Shown here: one piece after another, positions 28,301 to 39,705 of the stretch | Numbering within the stretch: position 1 is the first letter of the stretch | Layout: each line of letters begins with the position of its first letter | Origin: Tricharina praecox | Lineage: Eukaryota | Length of the DNA: 64,000 bases | Reading direction: 5' to 3' | Assembly: GCF_024521635.1 (NCBI RefSeq) | Contig: NW_026250424.1 | Location: 310,001 to 374,000 of the forward strand | Notes under the pieces: generated by a model | Told to the model about the DNA's origin: nothing | The model's database searches: none | Seen by the model: only the letters and a program-made list of their open reading frames with translations | Translations under genes and position numbers: made by a program

Positions 28301-30058
28301 ACCTCTCACTCACGCACATCCTTGGCATTCCGCTTTCCCCCAAGGTTTGTTCTTCCAGATCCCTCCTCCACATCAGATACGCACGTAGAAACACATCTCC
28401 ACATCTCCACATCTCCACGGCGAAGCACGGCCAAACCCGGCGGGCGCAGCGAAGGCAGCGAACTCTGCTGTCGAAACTGTTGCTAATACTATTCGGTCGG
28501 CGGCTTATTGTTCGGTGGCATGGGGCATGGCGTGGGGGAAACGTCGTCGTCGTCGTTTCAGCTCAGCTCGTCACGAGGCTTTTCGGGCTGCTGGTCGCCG
28601 GCGACAAAAGCAATAACAAGACGTATGCGTGTGTTTTGCTTTTTGTTGTTTGAGATGTTTATGAGGGAAGGGTAGGTAGCTGAACGTGGGACTTGGGATT
28701 GCGCGATCGGCGGAATGTGCAGGTTTGAGGTTAGGTAAGCAGCGGAGGATTCGGAGTACGCCGCGGGTGAGGGAGGGTCATGGGGTCATGGGGGAGCACT
28801 CGGAATTTGTGGCGGATGGATCCGCGGATGAGGTTGGTGGTAAATATCGAGCATGTATTGCGCATTGACAGCTGGCTGGTCATTGTGGAGGTGCAAATTC
28901 CCGAGTGATGTCGATATATGGAGCAGAATCTTCCTTCTTAACCTACCTACTGTGATAGCGTAACGTCGTGGAGTAGCGATATCCGTCCGCATCCAAGCGT
29001 ATCGGCCATGCATCATACTACCTAGCATGGCGAGCGGGCGGGCTCAAGCGGCGACTCTCGGGGTCTTTGATATCGGCTCTAGCCTCTAGGTAGGTACTAT
29101 AGATACCGAACAGTAGATCCCGCGACGGCACCAAACCTTCACCAGAGGAATCCGTGCTATCGTGAATGATTTCAAGAAGAATCCGTGACGTCCCGTCAGC
29201 ATGGCGATCGGCCTGAGCAGAGAAGTACCCAGCCAGCCCAGCCAGCCCATCTCACGGAGACACAGACACAGTACCTAGGTATCTCCGCGAACTTCCCAGC
29301 CTACAACCGAACGCGGGTATAATTATTCCAACCCAACCATACATTACGACCAAAACCGTGCACTGTAGTCAAGTTTCTCGGTATGCAATACCACTGCGGG
29401 CCTGCGGCACGACCTAACGGACCGCCCACATCGCAAGTTCCAACAGCAACAGCCGCCCCCCGAGTCCCATCGAGCGACGCCTTGGTAGGTAGCACTGCGT
29501 CCTCGCCCATCACCCACCAATACCGTAGGTACTACTCTACAGGGAGCCCCCGCCCTGAAAAAACGGCCTCGTTCTAGCCGAACAGACTCCTCCTCCGGCA
29601 CAGCAGGTCCGTGGGAAGCCGATCAATCGCGTACTCTACGTCCCCCTTCCCCCACCCCCCGCCGCATCCCACAATCACCCCACTGGCCACAGCATCCCGG
29701 CTGATATCATGTATGTATGTGAAACGCCGCAGACCGCGGTCCGTCCCGCCCAACACATACGTACCCCCCTCGCCCTGGCGAAAGTAGTGGGGTGATCAAT
29801 TGACGCGCGGAAGTCGCGGGCACGGACCACAGTTTACACGTGGCATTAGGCACGAGATGCGATGCGGGAGCCGGCTGCTACGGGGTGCGTAGAGTACCGA
29901 GCTGCTGGATGGCGTGTGGAGAGACGAAGGCCTGGTGGTCTGGTGGGTAAGCGGGCGGGTGGAGGGCGGGTGTTCCAGCCTTCCGGGGACGGGTCGCATA
30001 GGGTGCTCGAGGGTAAATAGTGGGATTCCTCCGCATTATTCTGTCGCCACGCTGGTAC

Positions 30059-31168
30059 CAGACCTCCAACAGTTATGTAGTCAGTTGAAATGGGAACACT
30101 GGTTTAAACAGTTCAGTCCTGGTTGATTTTGTCCCCGGTTCAGTTGGGGACACTAGAGGCTGTCAGTTCCCAGTTGGTTTAGATATGATATGTCTGGCAG
30201 TTGTTCTTGGGAAAGCTGGTAGAACTGTCAGTTCAGCGGATGAACTGCCAGTTCAGCTAGGGCAGCAAAAGTGGGCGAGATAGGTGGTTCCCATGGTCAC
30301 GGAAAAGCGGTAGAAAATGGGTTCAGTACTACCTAGTTGTGAACGGTCACGGAAAGAGCTATAGAAGATGTATGTGCAGTACTAGATTTGAATTACTACT
30401 CTGATGCTACCTACCTAACTTATGGGAGCACGGCGATTGAACCTCTTGGTGGCGCAGAGTCAATTACGGTTACTGACTAAACATGCACCCGAGTCAATCC
30501 GAGTCAATCAGGATTATTGACTTGGGACGCTCCCGGGTCAATTACGTTTATTGACTAAACGTGTCCCGGAGTCAATCGGAGTCAATCATGATTATTGACT
30601 CGAGATGGCACCCAGTCAACCACGGATATCGATACCGTTGGGTTGGATACACTCGAAAGCTTCAACACTCTCGGTATCTAGGGAATGCCGGTGATCAGTC
30701 TGAATCATCTTGCACTCGGAGAACAGCCGTTCAACCTCAGCCAACATGGCTGGAATACCTAGACAGAATGTCAATGTCCATTCGGCCGAGGTTAGGAAAA
30801 TGACGTTGCTGCCGCGGTTCTAGCCATCATTCGATCGCGGCAGCCCGGTTTCGAACATTCCTCTCGACAGGCAATGAACAACAATCGCGAAGCTCGTCAA
30901 CCCGCGGCGTCCTACTGGGCGCTAGGTTGGTAGTAGCGACTACCTAGGTGGTGAGTTGTAGGCAGTTGGCCGGTGGGTTTGTAGTGGCAACAGATTTACA
31001 TATCACAAACTTTTAAGCCTCACTTAACTGATGGTACAAGCAGTTTTCCCAGTTCAAACCCCGGCAGTTGGTTCAGTTTGCCAGTTGGTTCAGTTCACTA
31101 CCCTCCAACAGTTGGTTGGTTCGGGAACACCCCCAGTTTGTTCCCAGTTCGAACTGTTGGAGGGTCTG
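30059..31168. mobile_element. Non-autonomous DNA transposon (MITE-like), probably hAT superfamily
   Basis: Left end CAGACCTCCAACAGTT (30059-30074); right end reverse-complements to CAGACCCTCCAACAGTT (31152-31168). Flanked by 8-bp near-direct repeats GCTGGTAC (30051-30058) and ACTGGTAC (31169-31176). Dense subterminal CAGTT repeats; no transposase ORF. Confidence 0.8.
30459..30620. repeat. Two degenerate 78-bp tandem units rich in GAGTCAAT/ATTGACT motifs inside the transposon
   Basis: GTCAATTACG...TGACTAAAC...GAGTCAATC.GAGTCAATCA.GATTATTGACT recurs at 30459 and 30537; a third unit starts at 30615. Confidence 0.85.
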
Positions 31169-31827
31169 ACTGGTACCTTTCCTCAGGTTCGATGTATGTA
31201 GAGTAATGCGGCGCGACTAGTCGAGAAGTTGTACGGTTAGTTTATCCAGCCCTTCACTTCGAGCCTGAGTCATAGTAGATCAGTCGCTCACATTTTCTCA
31301 CTCGATTGCTCGATCGCTCACAGTCTCTTGCCATTGTGTTCTCCTCCTCCCGACCGATGCATCCGGTCCCCAATCCCACCACCTTCTAACCTCATGTCCC
31401 GTCGTCCAAGCCGCATGCGAGGCTACCGAAGTGACAATGACGATTTTGAAGATATTGGCTACTTAGTGAAGCTCTGCCAGCCGACGACGAGGAAGTGGCT
31501 TATTTTGCTACATACCGGCACAAACACGGATAGCTCTCGACGCTCGCAGATGGTGTATGTAGCGTATTTAAGATTCCAACCACATTGCATCATCGTCGAG
31601 TTGGTGCTCGTGTGACAGTCGATGACCGAGCTGTCATCCGCAAGAAGCGATCACCATCGTCCACCATCGTCCGGTGTAGCATGTGTGTGAAGTATATGGC
31701 CATGCGCGACAATGTACTCCTACATGCATGCCCATCTCGACACGAGCGCAACATATCTCGCCCACCGTGATATCAACCCACCTCCACTCGGACCCACATG
31801 CCTACCACCGCCTACGCCATCCCGCAA

Positions 31828-32575
31828 CTACACAGTCTCATAGTACGTCGGCATCCCCATCGTCAGATCCGCCTCACACAGCACGCCCTTCGCCTCCTTC
31901 GCCTCCTTCCCCTCATAGCTCTTCGCCCTACCCACCAACCCCGCCCTGGCGCCCACAACTTTGACAATATCATCCATAACTCCCCCGGCAATAAGCAACA
32001 CGCCATTCCTAGTTTCGCCCTCCCTCCCGCCGCCATCGGGGAGTATGATATCGGCGACCTGTTTCGTGGGCGCGACGACCGCCTCGTAGTTGCGCTTCCC
32101 GAACGCGACGTGCGCCTTCAGCGTCTCCTGCAGCTCCGTGGCGGGGAGCGACAGCACCCGCCGCGCCAACCGCACGTCTGCGTCGCTGTCGACAAATACT
32201 TTCACGGTCGCGAGCGATAACAGCCCGGGGTGTGTTAGAAGGTACGTGCCCTCCGCGATTACTACCGTGCTGGTAGAGCAAGAGATGTGTGTGGCCAAAA
32301 GGTCGAGGTCGTAGGTTTCTGCTCTTGCGGGAAAGCGCTGTTAGTGGTGCTGCACGGCAGGAGCGCGAAGGGGAGGGCGGGGCACCGAGGCTGTCGGGAT
32401 CGAGCGCGGTGCTGGAGGATGCGTGCCGGAAGTCACGCTGGTGAAGCGTCTCGATCGTGAGTGTGTCTGCTGACCCCGTGTGTAGAGATAGCAACGTGGA
32501 TTTTAGGGCGGCTTGCACGGTCTTCTTGCCTGACGCGGCGCCGCCGGCGATCGCGATGAAGATGCTGGGTGCCAT
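31828..32575 (-). CDS. Uridine kinase / PRK-family protein with degenerate active-site motifs (Das2-like)
   Basis: IAIAGGAASGKKT P-loop, YDLDLL, VVIAEGTYLL, KVFVDSDADVRLARRV, VAPTKQVADIILP. One intron ~32326-32386. Confidence 0.85.
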
Positions 32576-33425
32576 TGCTAAGGTCGTGGTGGGTGTGGTG
32601 GGTGTGCTAAGTATGCTGGAGGTGGAGGTGGAGGTAGAGGTCGTGGTGGGGGGGTTGAGTTGTAGCGAGCATCATGTGCATAGAGTACCTAGACCCATGC
32701 TGGTTCGAAAATGGGCTGCGTTTGCACGGGAATCGGACAGTACCCACGCGACACAAAAGCAGGGGTCCCGGTGATACCAGCCCAATGAGCGCAACCAAGG
32801 GAAACATTCAAGTTATATCGAGTGCTCTTTTAGCTGAAGGTGGATTCTCAAAATCATACAAGTATCTCCTACGCTCGTGCCATTCCGACATCGTCCAGGA
32901 CAATCCTCTGTAGAGCACCATACTCAATGCATGTAGAAAGAGAAGAATCCATTCCAGCGCAAGTCTAACCTCGCCAAAAAGTGAAATCCACCATCCGCTT
33001 CCTATGTACAAGTACAATACAAAAAACCACTCCGCATCCAGGGTGCGGCCTTACATACCGGTAGCAGCAGCTCTGCGTTGACAGCTCTCGAGCAACCTAT
33101 GAGGTATGTATGTACCAATCCGCAATGTGCTCGGCCGCCCTGGCTTCTGCTTTGGAGAATTTCCCTTCTTGTGCTCTACATACATACGAGGGTGTGTCAC
33201 AGCTCTGCACTCGCTACAGCAACAGCACAGCACAGCACAGCACAGCATAGCATAGCACGTAAAACCACCAACCAACAACAACGCCACATCGTGCTGGCTG
33301 GTAACGGGGTCCCAACCCCCGGCCGGCCAGAGTGGGCAGGAAAGGAGTGCGACGGTTCGCCATAGTCTAGATAGGCTGGATGCGAAATAAAACAGGAAGA
33401 TCTCTCTCTCTTTAACCACCAATCA

Positions 33426-33480
33426 ACCAATCAGCTTGTATCGTACCAACCAGCTTGTATCGTACCAACCAGCTTGTATC
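33426..33480. repeat. 19-bp tandem repeat (~3 copies)
   Basis: ACCAA(T/C)CAGCTTGTATCGT twice plus a partial third copy. Confidence 0.9.
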
Positions 33481-33919
33481 ACACCCACTAGCACGGACGG
33501 CATCACTGCGCTGTATATGTCCACACCCGCTATCTGTGTGCCCATAATAGCATCTTGGAACATCAAAGAAAACCGCCAATGGCCATCTGCCTAAGCACCT
33601 AATGTATGGTATATCGACACCGACACGGTCGGTATGTAGCATAAAGACAGCTCGCTCGCCCGGACATTCATCAAAATGGCGCACAGAAACAACGACAGGT
33701 ATGAATCTCCATCTCCACATCCCCCACACCCCACATCCCACATCCCACATCCACAACCAAGCCAATCCAAGCCAGCCAAAGTATGAGAGCGACAAAAACC
33801 AGTAGTGGGTATATGTATCTATGAAACCCGCAAGTCCATCCATCGCATCGCATCATGCACAAATTGCGCCCCAATCCAATCCAAGCCTCTAAATATTCCA
33901 AAACTCTACTCTACTCCGA

Positions 33920-35240
33920 CTACCCCGACTTGACCTCCTCCAGTTGCACAGTCGGCACCGTCGTTTTCGACTGTTTAGCCTCTAGCTCGACCTTCCTATT
34001 ATGTGTCAGTGACAAAGTAACAAAGCGGGGGACGATGGGTAGTAGTAAACTCACGCATACGCCGCGCCCCCAGCCAGGGTCAACAATATGCCCAGGCCAT
34101 TCAACCAGCCCACGGCGAGGCCCCAAAAGGCAATACTCAGGATAATCGTGAGGATCTGCTTAATATTCGCAGCGACGGTCATCGTAAGAGCACCCGTCTT
34201 CTTATTCGCGGTGAACGAGATGACATTGAGGGCGAACGCGAGGATTCCGTTTCCGGCAAGGATCATGACCTCCCTCCTGCCGATATTCTCGCCAGCGAAC
34301 TTCTGGACGGCGGCGATCTCGCCGGTGAAGTACGCGTACACCATGGTCTGCACGAACGCGAGCGGCGACATGCGGTACAGCAGCTCGAGCGGCGACAGCT
34401 TGAGCCGGCCCGTCTGGATCCGGTTCGTTACCACCGTCTTGAGCGCCGCCAGGAACGCCCCCAGAAGCGTCAGGATGAAACCCATCGGCGTGAAGTAGTA
34501 GTCCCCGGCGGTGGCGAAGCCGACGCCTGCTACCACCGGCAGCAACGAAGTGTACGTCGCCCGGCTGTACGTCTTGCCGAATCCCAAACGGTAGATTATC
34601 ACGGTGAAGAACGGCGTCATCGCGCGCACGATCTGGTGGAACGGGATCGTCACTAGGTGCCTACGCGCACATCCACCCATCCGTCTCCGGTCAGTTCGGT
34701 GAGGCCCCGCGTTCGTTAGGGGACGGGGGACGGGGGACGGGGGACGCACAGGGATACATTGCTGATAGCGATGTTGATAGTGTACAGCGTGGAGAACAGC
34801 AGCAGCGTGAGGTTCTCTCGGTCGGTGAGGCGCGTGAGCGTGAACGTTCCGCGGTAGTAGAAGAACATGCAACCGAGACTGCCACAGGCGGCATGGATGC
34901 CGGTGAGCAGGTACGGGAACGGGAACTGTGTGTGCGCCGCTACCTATCAGCTATCTACTACCTATATATCGTATACTATATAGCCGCACCCCTCCCTCCC
35001 GCTCCCGTGTCTCGGTGGCGGCGGCGGCGCGGCGGCGCGTGGGATATTATTATTCACCTTGCCCATGACGGCCTTGTTGTAGAGCGTCAACGCCAGGTTG
35101 AGGCTGAAGTATAGCGTCAGCCACGCATACTTTGTGCGGACCGAGTCCTGCTCCGTCGCAATGACTGACGCGCTGCGTCCGCGCGGGGGTAGCAGCAGCG
35201 TGTCTTTTTGTTGCTGCTGCTCCGACGATGACGACGCCAT
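33920..35240 (-). CDS. Triose-phosphate-transporter family (SLC35E-like, nucleotide-sugar-transporter-like) membrane protein
   Basis: YFSLNLALTLYNKAVMGKFPFPYLLTGIHA, LYTINIAISNVSLHLVTIPFHQIVRA, LAALKTVVTN, NKKTGALTMTVAANIKQ. Three introns. Confidence 0.9.
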
Positions 35241-35805
35241 GAACGGTTGGTTGATTGGTGTGTGTGTGTGCGTGTGTGTGTGTGTGGTGTGAGTGAGGGT
35301 GACAATAAGGGGGGGGGGGGGGGTGCGGGGGGCGGGGCGGGGTGAATAATGAAGGAAATCCGAACGACAACGACGACAACGACGGTGCGAGAGCTGAGAA
35401 GAGGGATGGAGAGTTCGTGTTCCGTCAGTCAGTTGTCGCCTGGGTTATGTAATGAAATGATAATTACCGGGACACCACGCACAAACATAAAGTTACACAC
35501 ACTCTAGGGATGGAACGGATGGGCGGGCTGTATATAAGCGACACGGTGACGCTTACGCGTATGATGCGGCATTAGTTAGTGCGGGGATCACCTGGGTCAC
35601 TCGCGAGTTGCAATTAAAAAATTGTACTATTATTGCATTACTCTCATTACAATCGCAACCACCTCCAATCAACCAAACAACCGATCCATTCAACCACCCG
35701 GCGCTATGACCGACCGACCACAGCAAAAAAGACTTCTACAACCAAGCGCACGAAACGAAGGGGTATAACTAAACCGCACATCACACAATATCATACAAGC
35801 ACTCG

Positions 35806-38800
35806 CTACCTCTCGACGGTGAGTGCCGGAACGTTGAAGCTGTACGGCTTGGTCGCACCGGACGGATCGCGCTGGTTGATCTCCATCCGCAGGGTGACCT
35901 GCAGCCCGTCGCGCATCACCTCGTGCGGATCCATGTACTCGGAGCTGCCGACGGCGCCATCGAGGCCAGCATCGCCCGGCAGATGGACTGCCGATGGCGG
36001 GCCCTTCTTCTTGAGTGGTTTCACGATCTTGGAGAAGGTTGACCTCTTGGTTGGCTTGGTCTCGAAGCCGATGTTGCAGCTTTCAGGGTCGTACGCGTCG
36101 ATGATGCAGTAGTTGCGCCCTGTGCCTGTTAGTAGCTACACTCGGAATGTGAATCGGCGCACTCACTGGGCAGCAGCCGTTTGTTGTTGCGTGGCGTACC
36201 GTCGACATCGGTCAGGAAGATCGGGTACATGTCTTCGTCGGTGTAATCGTCGAGATGATGGATCATGTTGCGCTTGTTCAGGATGTCGGCCAACGCTGTG
36301 TATGCGGTCAGCTAGCTGGAATCCAGACCGTCCAAGTCAGACTTACCGTTCGGAGGCGGTGTGTTGACGATCGCCGACGAGATCACGTTCGGCATATACC
36401 GGTGATCATTCTTCTTGGGCACTTTCAACTTGTGATTCGAGAAGAACTGGCCGATACCGGCGAGATGGACGTCGCCTCTGCGCAGCGTTAGCTAAACTCG
36501 GTGCGACTGTGTGGGTGTGTGGTTGGCGAACCCCAAGATTGTCACTCGGACCGAGTGCTGGTGCGCGAACTCTTGCAGCTTCAGCATCAACCAGTTCCGC
36601 TCCGACTTGTGTGATTTGGCCGTCCAGTGGTCGTCCAGGTCGTCCAGAAGCTCTACACCGCCGTCAAAGGAGTTCAAGAAATCACCGAGTACGCCTATGT
36701 GGGCCAGCGCCTTGATCGGATCCATCACTCGAGACGTCAACCTGGATTAGCATGTAAGCAGGCGCTCACGAGTACGGGGTGGCGGCGACGTACAAAGTCT
36801 CCAACCATACTAGCCGCGGGTAAGCAATAGGTACACCGAGCATCACGATTAGATGTTTCGTCTCGCCGGGAACCATCTCCTTATGGAGCCGGTTGAAAAT
36901 CCTGTCGTAGCTCCTTGCGGATACTACCATATCTCTCATCCGCTCCGTTCGGCAGTCCAGTCCCAGAAACGCGACGCTCCGTCCGAGGAACATGAACGTG
37001 TGGCGACTCAGCTCGGTGATGTACGGACCGGGCGCACTACCGAGAATCCAACTTGGCTCATCCTCTTCGCGCTCTTGAGTGGTACTCTGGTGCTGGAACA
37101 GCATGTAGTACTTGAACGCGACCGCCCCGAGGCCACTAAATACGGGGCAGCGGTTAAAGTGGTTCGGGTAGGATCCGTAGCCATCGATGATGTCGTGATC
37201 ATCCCATATGTTGACCATCGGAATCTGCGAGTTGGCAACGCCAAACTGTCCCTGCGAAAACCACATACCTGGAGGGTTAGCACGGCGCAATTACAGGCCA
37301 CGGACCCCATGGGGGGACATACTGTATCTTTCGAGATAAAATGCTTCCAGTTCGACCGCCATTTCGTGAGTAAATTCGTGCGACGACTTCTTGAAAGGCG
37401 TCTTGATATTCAGCCACGCTTTGAAGTGCGTCGTCTGCTTGGAGACGGCATCGTTGTAAACTGGCAACGTCAGTAACTAGTGTCCATCTACATGTCAAGG
37501 AAGCCTACTCTGATCGCCACCACCGAGCATGACGTGGAACGGCCGCTGCTTGTGTTTCTCGAGCACGTCTCGCCACAAGGGATCCGGCCCGCAAAAGTCC
37601 TTCGGGTTCACGCTGAGGCTGAAGCCGTTGCAGCTGTGAAACATAATGTTCATGATCTGGCCTTTCGCGGGCACCCAGAAGTGCACAACCTGTGCGTGGT
37701 TGATCTGGTACGCAATTTTGGACTGGGTGTTGGCTAGCTCCACTTCGAGGTTGAATCGCCAGAACGTCACGCCATTCTGTGCGTGCAACTTCAGGCTCTG
37801 AACCTCCGAGAACCGGCCCCTGCGTCCATCATTTCTGCTGCCCTGGGCGTCGTTAACGTAATACAGGCGTAGGGTTGGCGTCGTCGAATAGTCCGATCCG
37901 CTGTCGGTGGTTAGTATCATGACGGAACCCCGCCAGGTCTCGCGGCCACCCTGCGGTGATCGGGCCGAGGCATCGTCGCGGCGCAGTCCGGTGTACCTCA
38001 ACAGCGGGCCGCACTTGACGGATAGTCTGGGTCTAAAGAGTTGTGGATCTGGGACTGGACGGGAGGGGATCGCCCGGATATAGGCCAATGTTAGCGCTTC
38101 TTGTCTCTCTTCTTTAGTATGCGGGGCCTTGAGATGATCCGGATGGTGGTGGTTAGAGGGATGCTCGGGATCGTGAACATGGTGGTGAAGATGCAGGTTG
38201 TGGTGGTGGTGTCCTCCAACAGCATCGTCACCGCCATGTTCAGACTCGCCATGAGAGGGTCTGGGTATAGTGGGATTTTCGGTATCCGCGGGACCATCAA
38301 GGGAGCCAGGAATGTTCAGGCTAAAAAAATCGGGTCTAGCCATACGACCAAGAATGTCTGTAGGTAATGGACCCGTCTGAGGCTGGTATTGAAAACCGTT
38401 CCTACCCTGCCAATTCGGCCCGTCGTCCACCTGTCCGGCGGCCTCTCGATCCTCAAGGGTCAGTCGGGCGAACTCGTGCGTGAATCCGCCTCCGATGGAC
38501 TCGGTCGGTTTTACGACCTTGCCGGAGTCCACGCCTCGACTTGACGTACCGCCCCACAGCCGGCGGTGACGATGCCGGAATCCAATTTTGCTGTTGGACT
38601 CTATCGCAGCCGGGTTCTGCGGAGGAAAATCATACGTGGGCTGTGGCCCCGGGTGGTCCTCTGCTCCGGACGGCGTCTTGTAGTAGTCCGCCCGCTTGAT
38701 CTCGTGCTCTTTACCCACCGGGACATCACGGGACGGGCGGCGGCCGAAAGGTGGCATCTCTGGTTCTTGCTCGTCTTCCTCGTCCGGCTGGGGTGTAGGC

Positions 38801-39324
38801 GGGAGAGGATGTGGATGAATACGACGAGGCTGTTGCTGCGGTGGTGGTGCCGATTGGGATTGTAATTGTTGCTCTCGCAGCAGCGACTGCGGCTGCTGCT
38901 GCCTCCTACTCATACCACTGGCACTGCGTATAGTATCGTCGGCCTCACCCCGTCCGCTCCTATCCCTATCCCTATCCCTATTCCCAGCAGGCTGACTGCC
39001 AACTGCAGCGCCTCTCTGTCCAACCTGTCCAACTTGTCTATCCTGTCTATCCTGTCCAACCTGTCTATCCGCGCTCCTATCCCCGTGCCTATCCTGAGCG
39101 TGGCGTCTACTCAGCGACCTAACGACGCCGTCGGGATCCGCGTCGGAGCTCTGGCTGATATGCTTCAATTCGCGCTCGAGCTTCTGCAGCGGCGATCGGT
39201 CGCTCGCGAAATCGATCGACCGCGTGGAGGTTGACGACGGCTTGCGCAGCGTGTGCGTGTGTGAATATGTAGTGGTTGTTGGTGAGGTCGGCGAGGTCCC
39301 AGGGAGCACAGCTGCTCCCGACAC
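35806..39324 (-). CDS. PhoD-like phosphatase-domain protein with a long low-complexity N-terminus
   Basis: CGPLLRY, FHSCNGFS, HVMLGGGDQIYND, NIWDDHDIIDGYGS, LDCRTER, DDLDDHW and GDVHL across ~7 exons. Ends YSFNVPALTVER*. Confidence 0.85.
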
Positions 39325-39639
39325 TCGACGAGCTGGCGGTGGGGAGGAATCCAGATTTGGAGTTGGGGAGGAGGGAGTTGCGGAGTTGGGGGGACGCGGT
39401 GTGGCGGCGGCGGTGGTGGAGAAGGCGGCGGAAGAGGCGGCGGGCGGGAGGTTATGGATAGGATAAGGATAAGGCGGTGGCGGCGAAAGTAAGGTGAAGG
39501 CGGGATTGAGTGCAGGTATTGGAGGTGGTGCGTAGTGGAAGACGAGAAGGTAAGGTAAGGTAATGTGTGAGGATCACTCAATTGCGCATGTGTGCGTGCG
39601 GGCGGGTGGGCGGGACTCACAACACAATACGCAGGTGTG

Positions 39640-39641
<2 letters not shown>

Positions 39642-39692
<51 letters not shown>

Positions 39693-39705
39693 TGGGTGTG
39701 TGTGT
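39642..39705. repeat. (GT)n microsatellite
   Basis: Direct reading; nearly perfect GT run upstream of the PhoD-like gene. Confidence 0.95.

Noticed and set aside
26000..31700. Telomerase RNA or TPP riboswitch in the long intergenic region
   Set aside because: I found no TAACCCTAA-type template and no TPP aptamer core.
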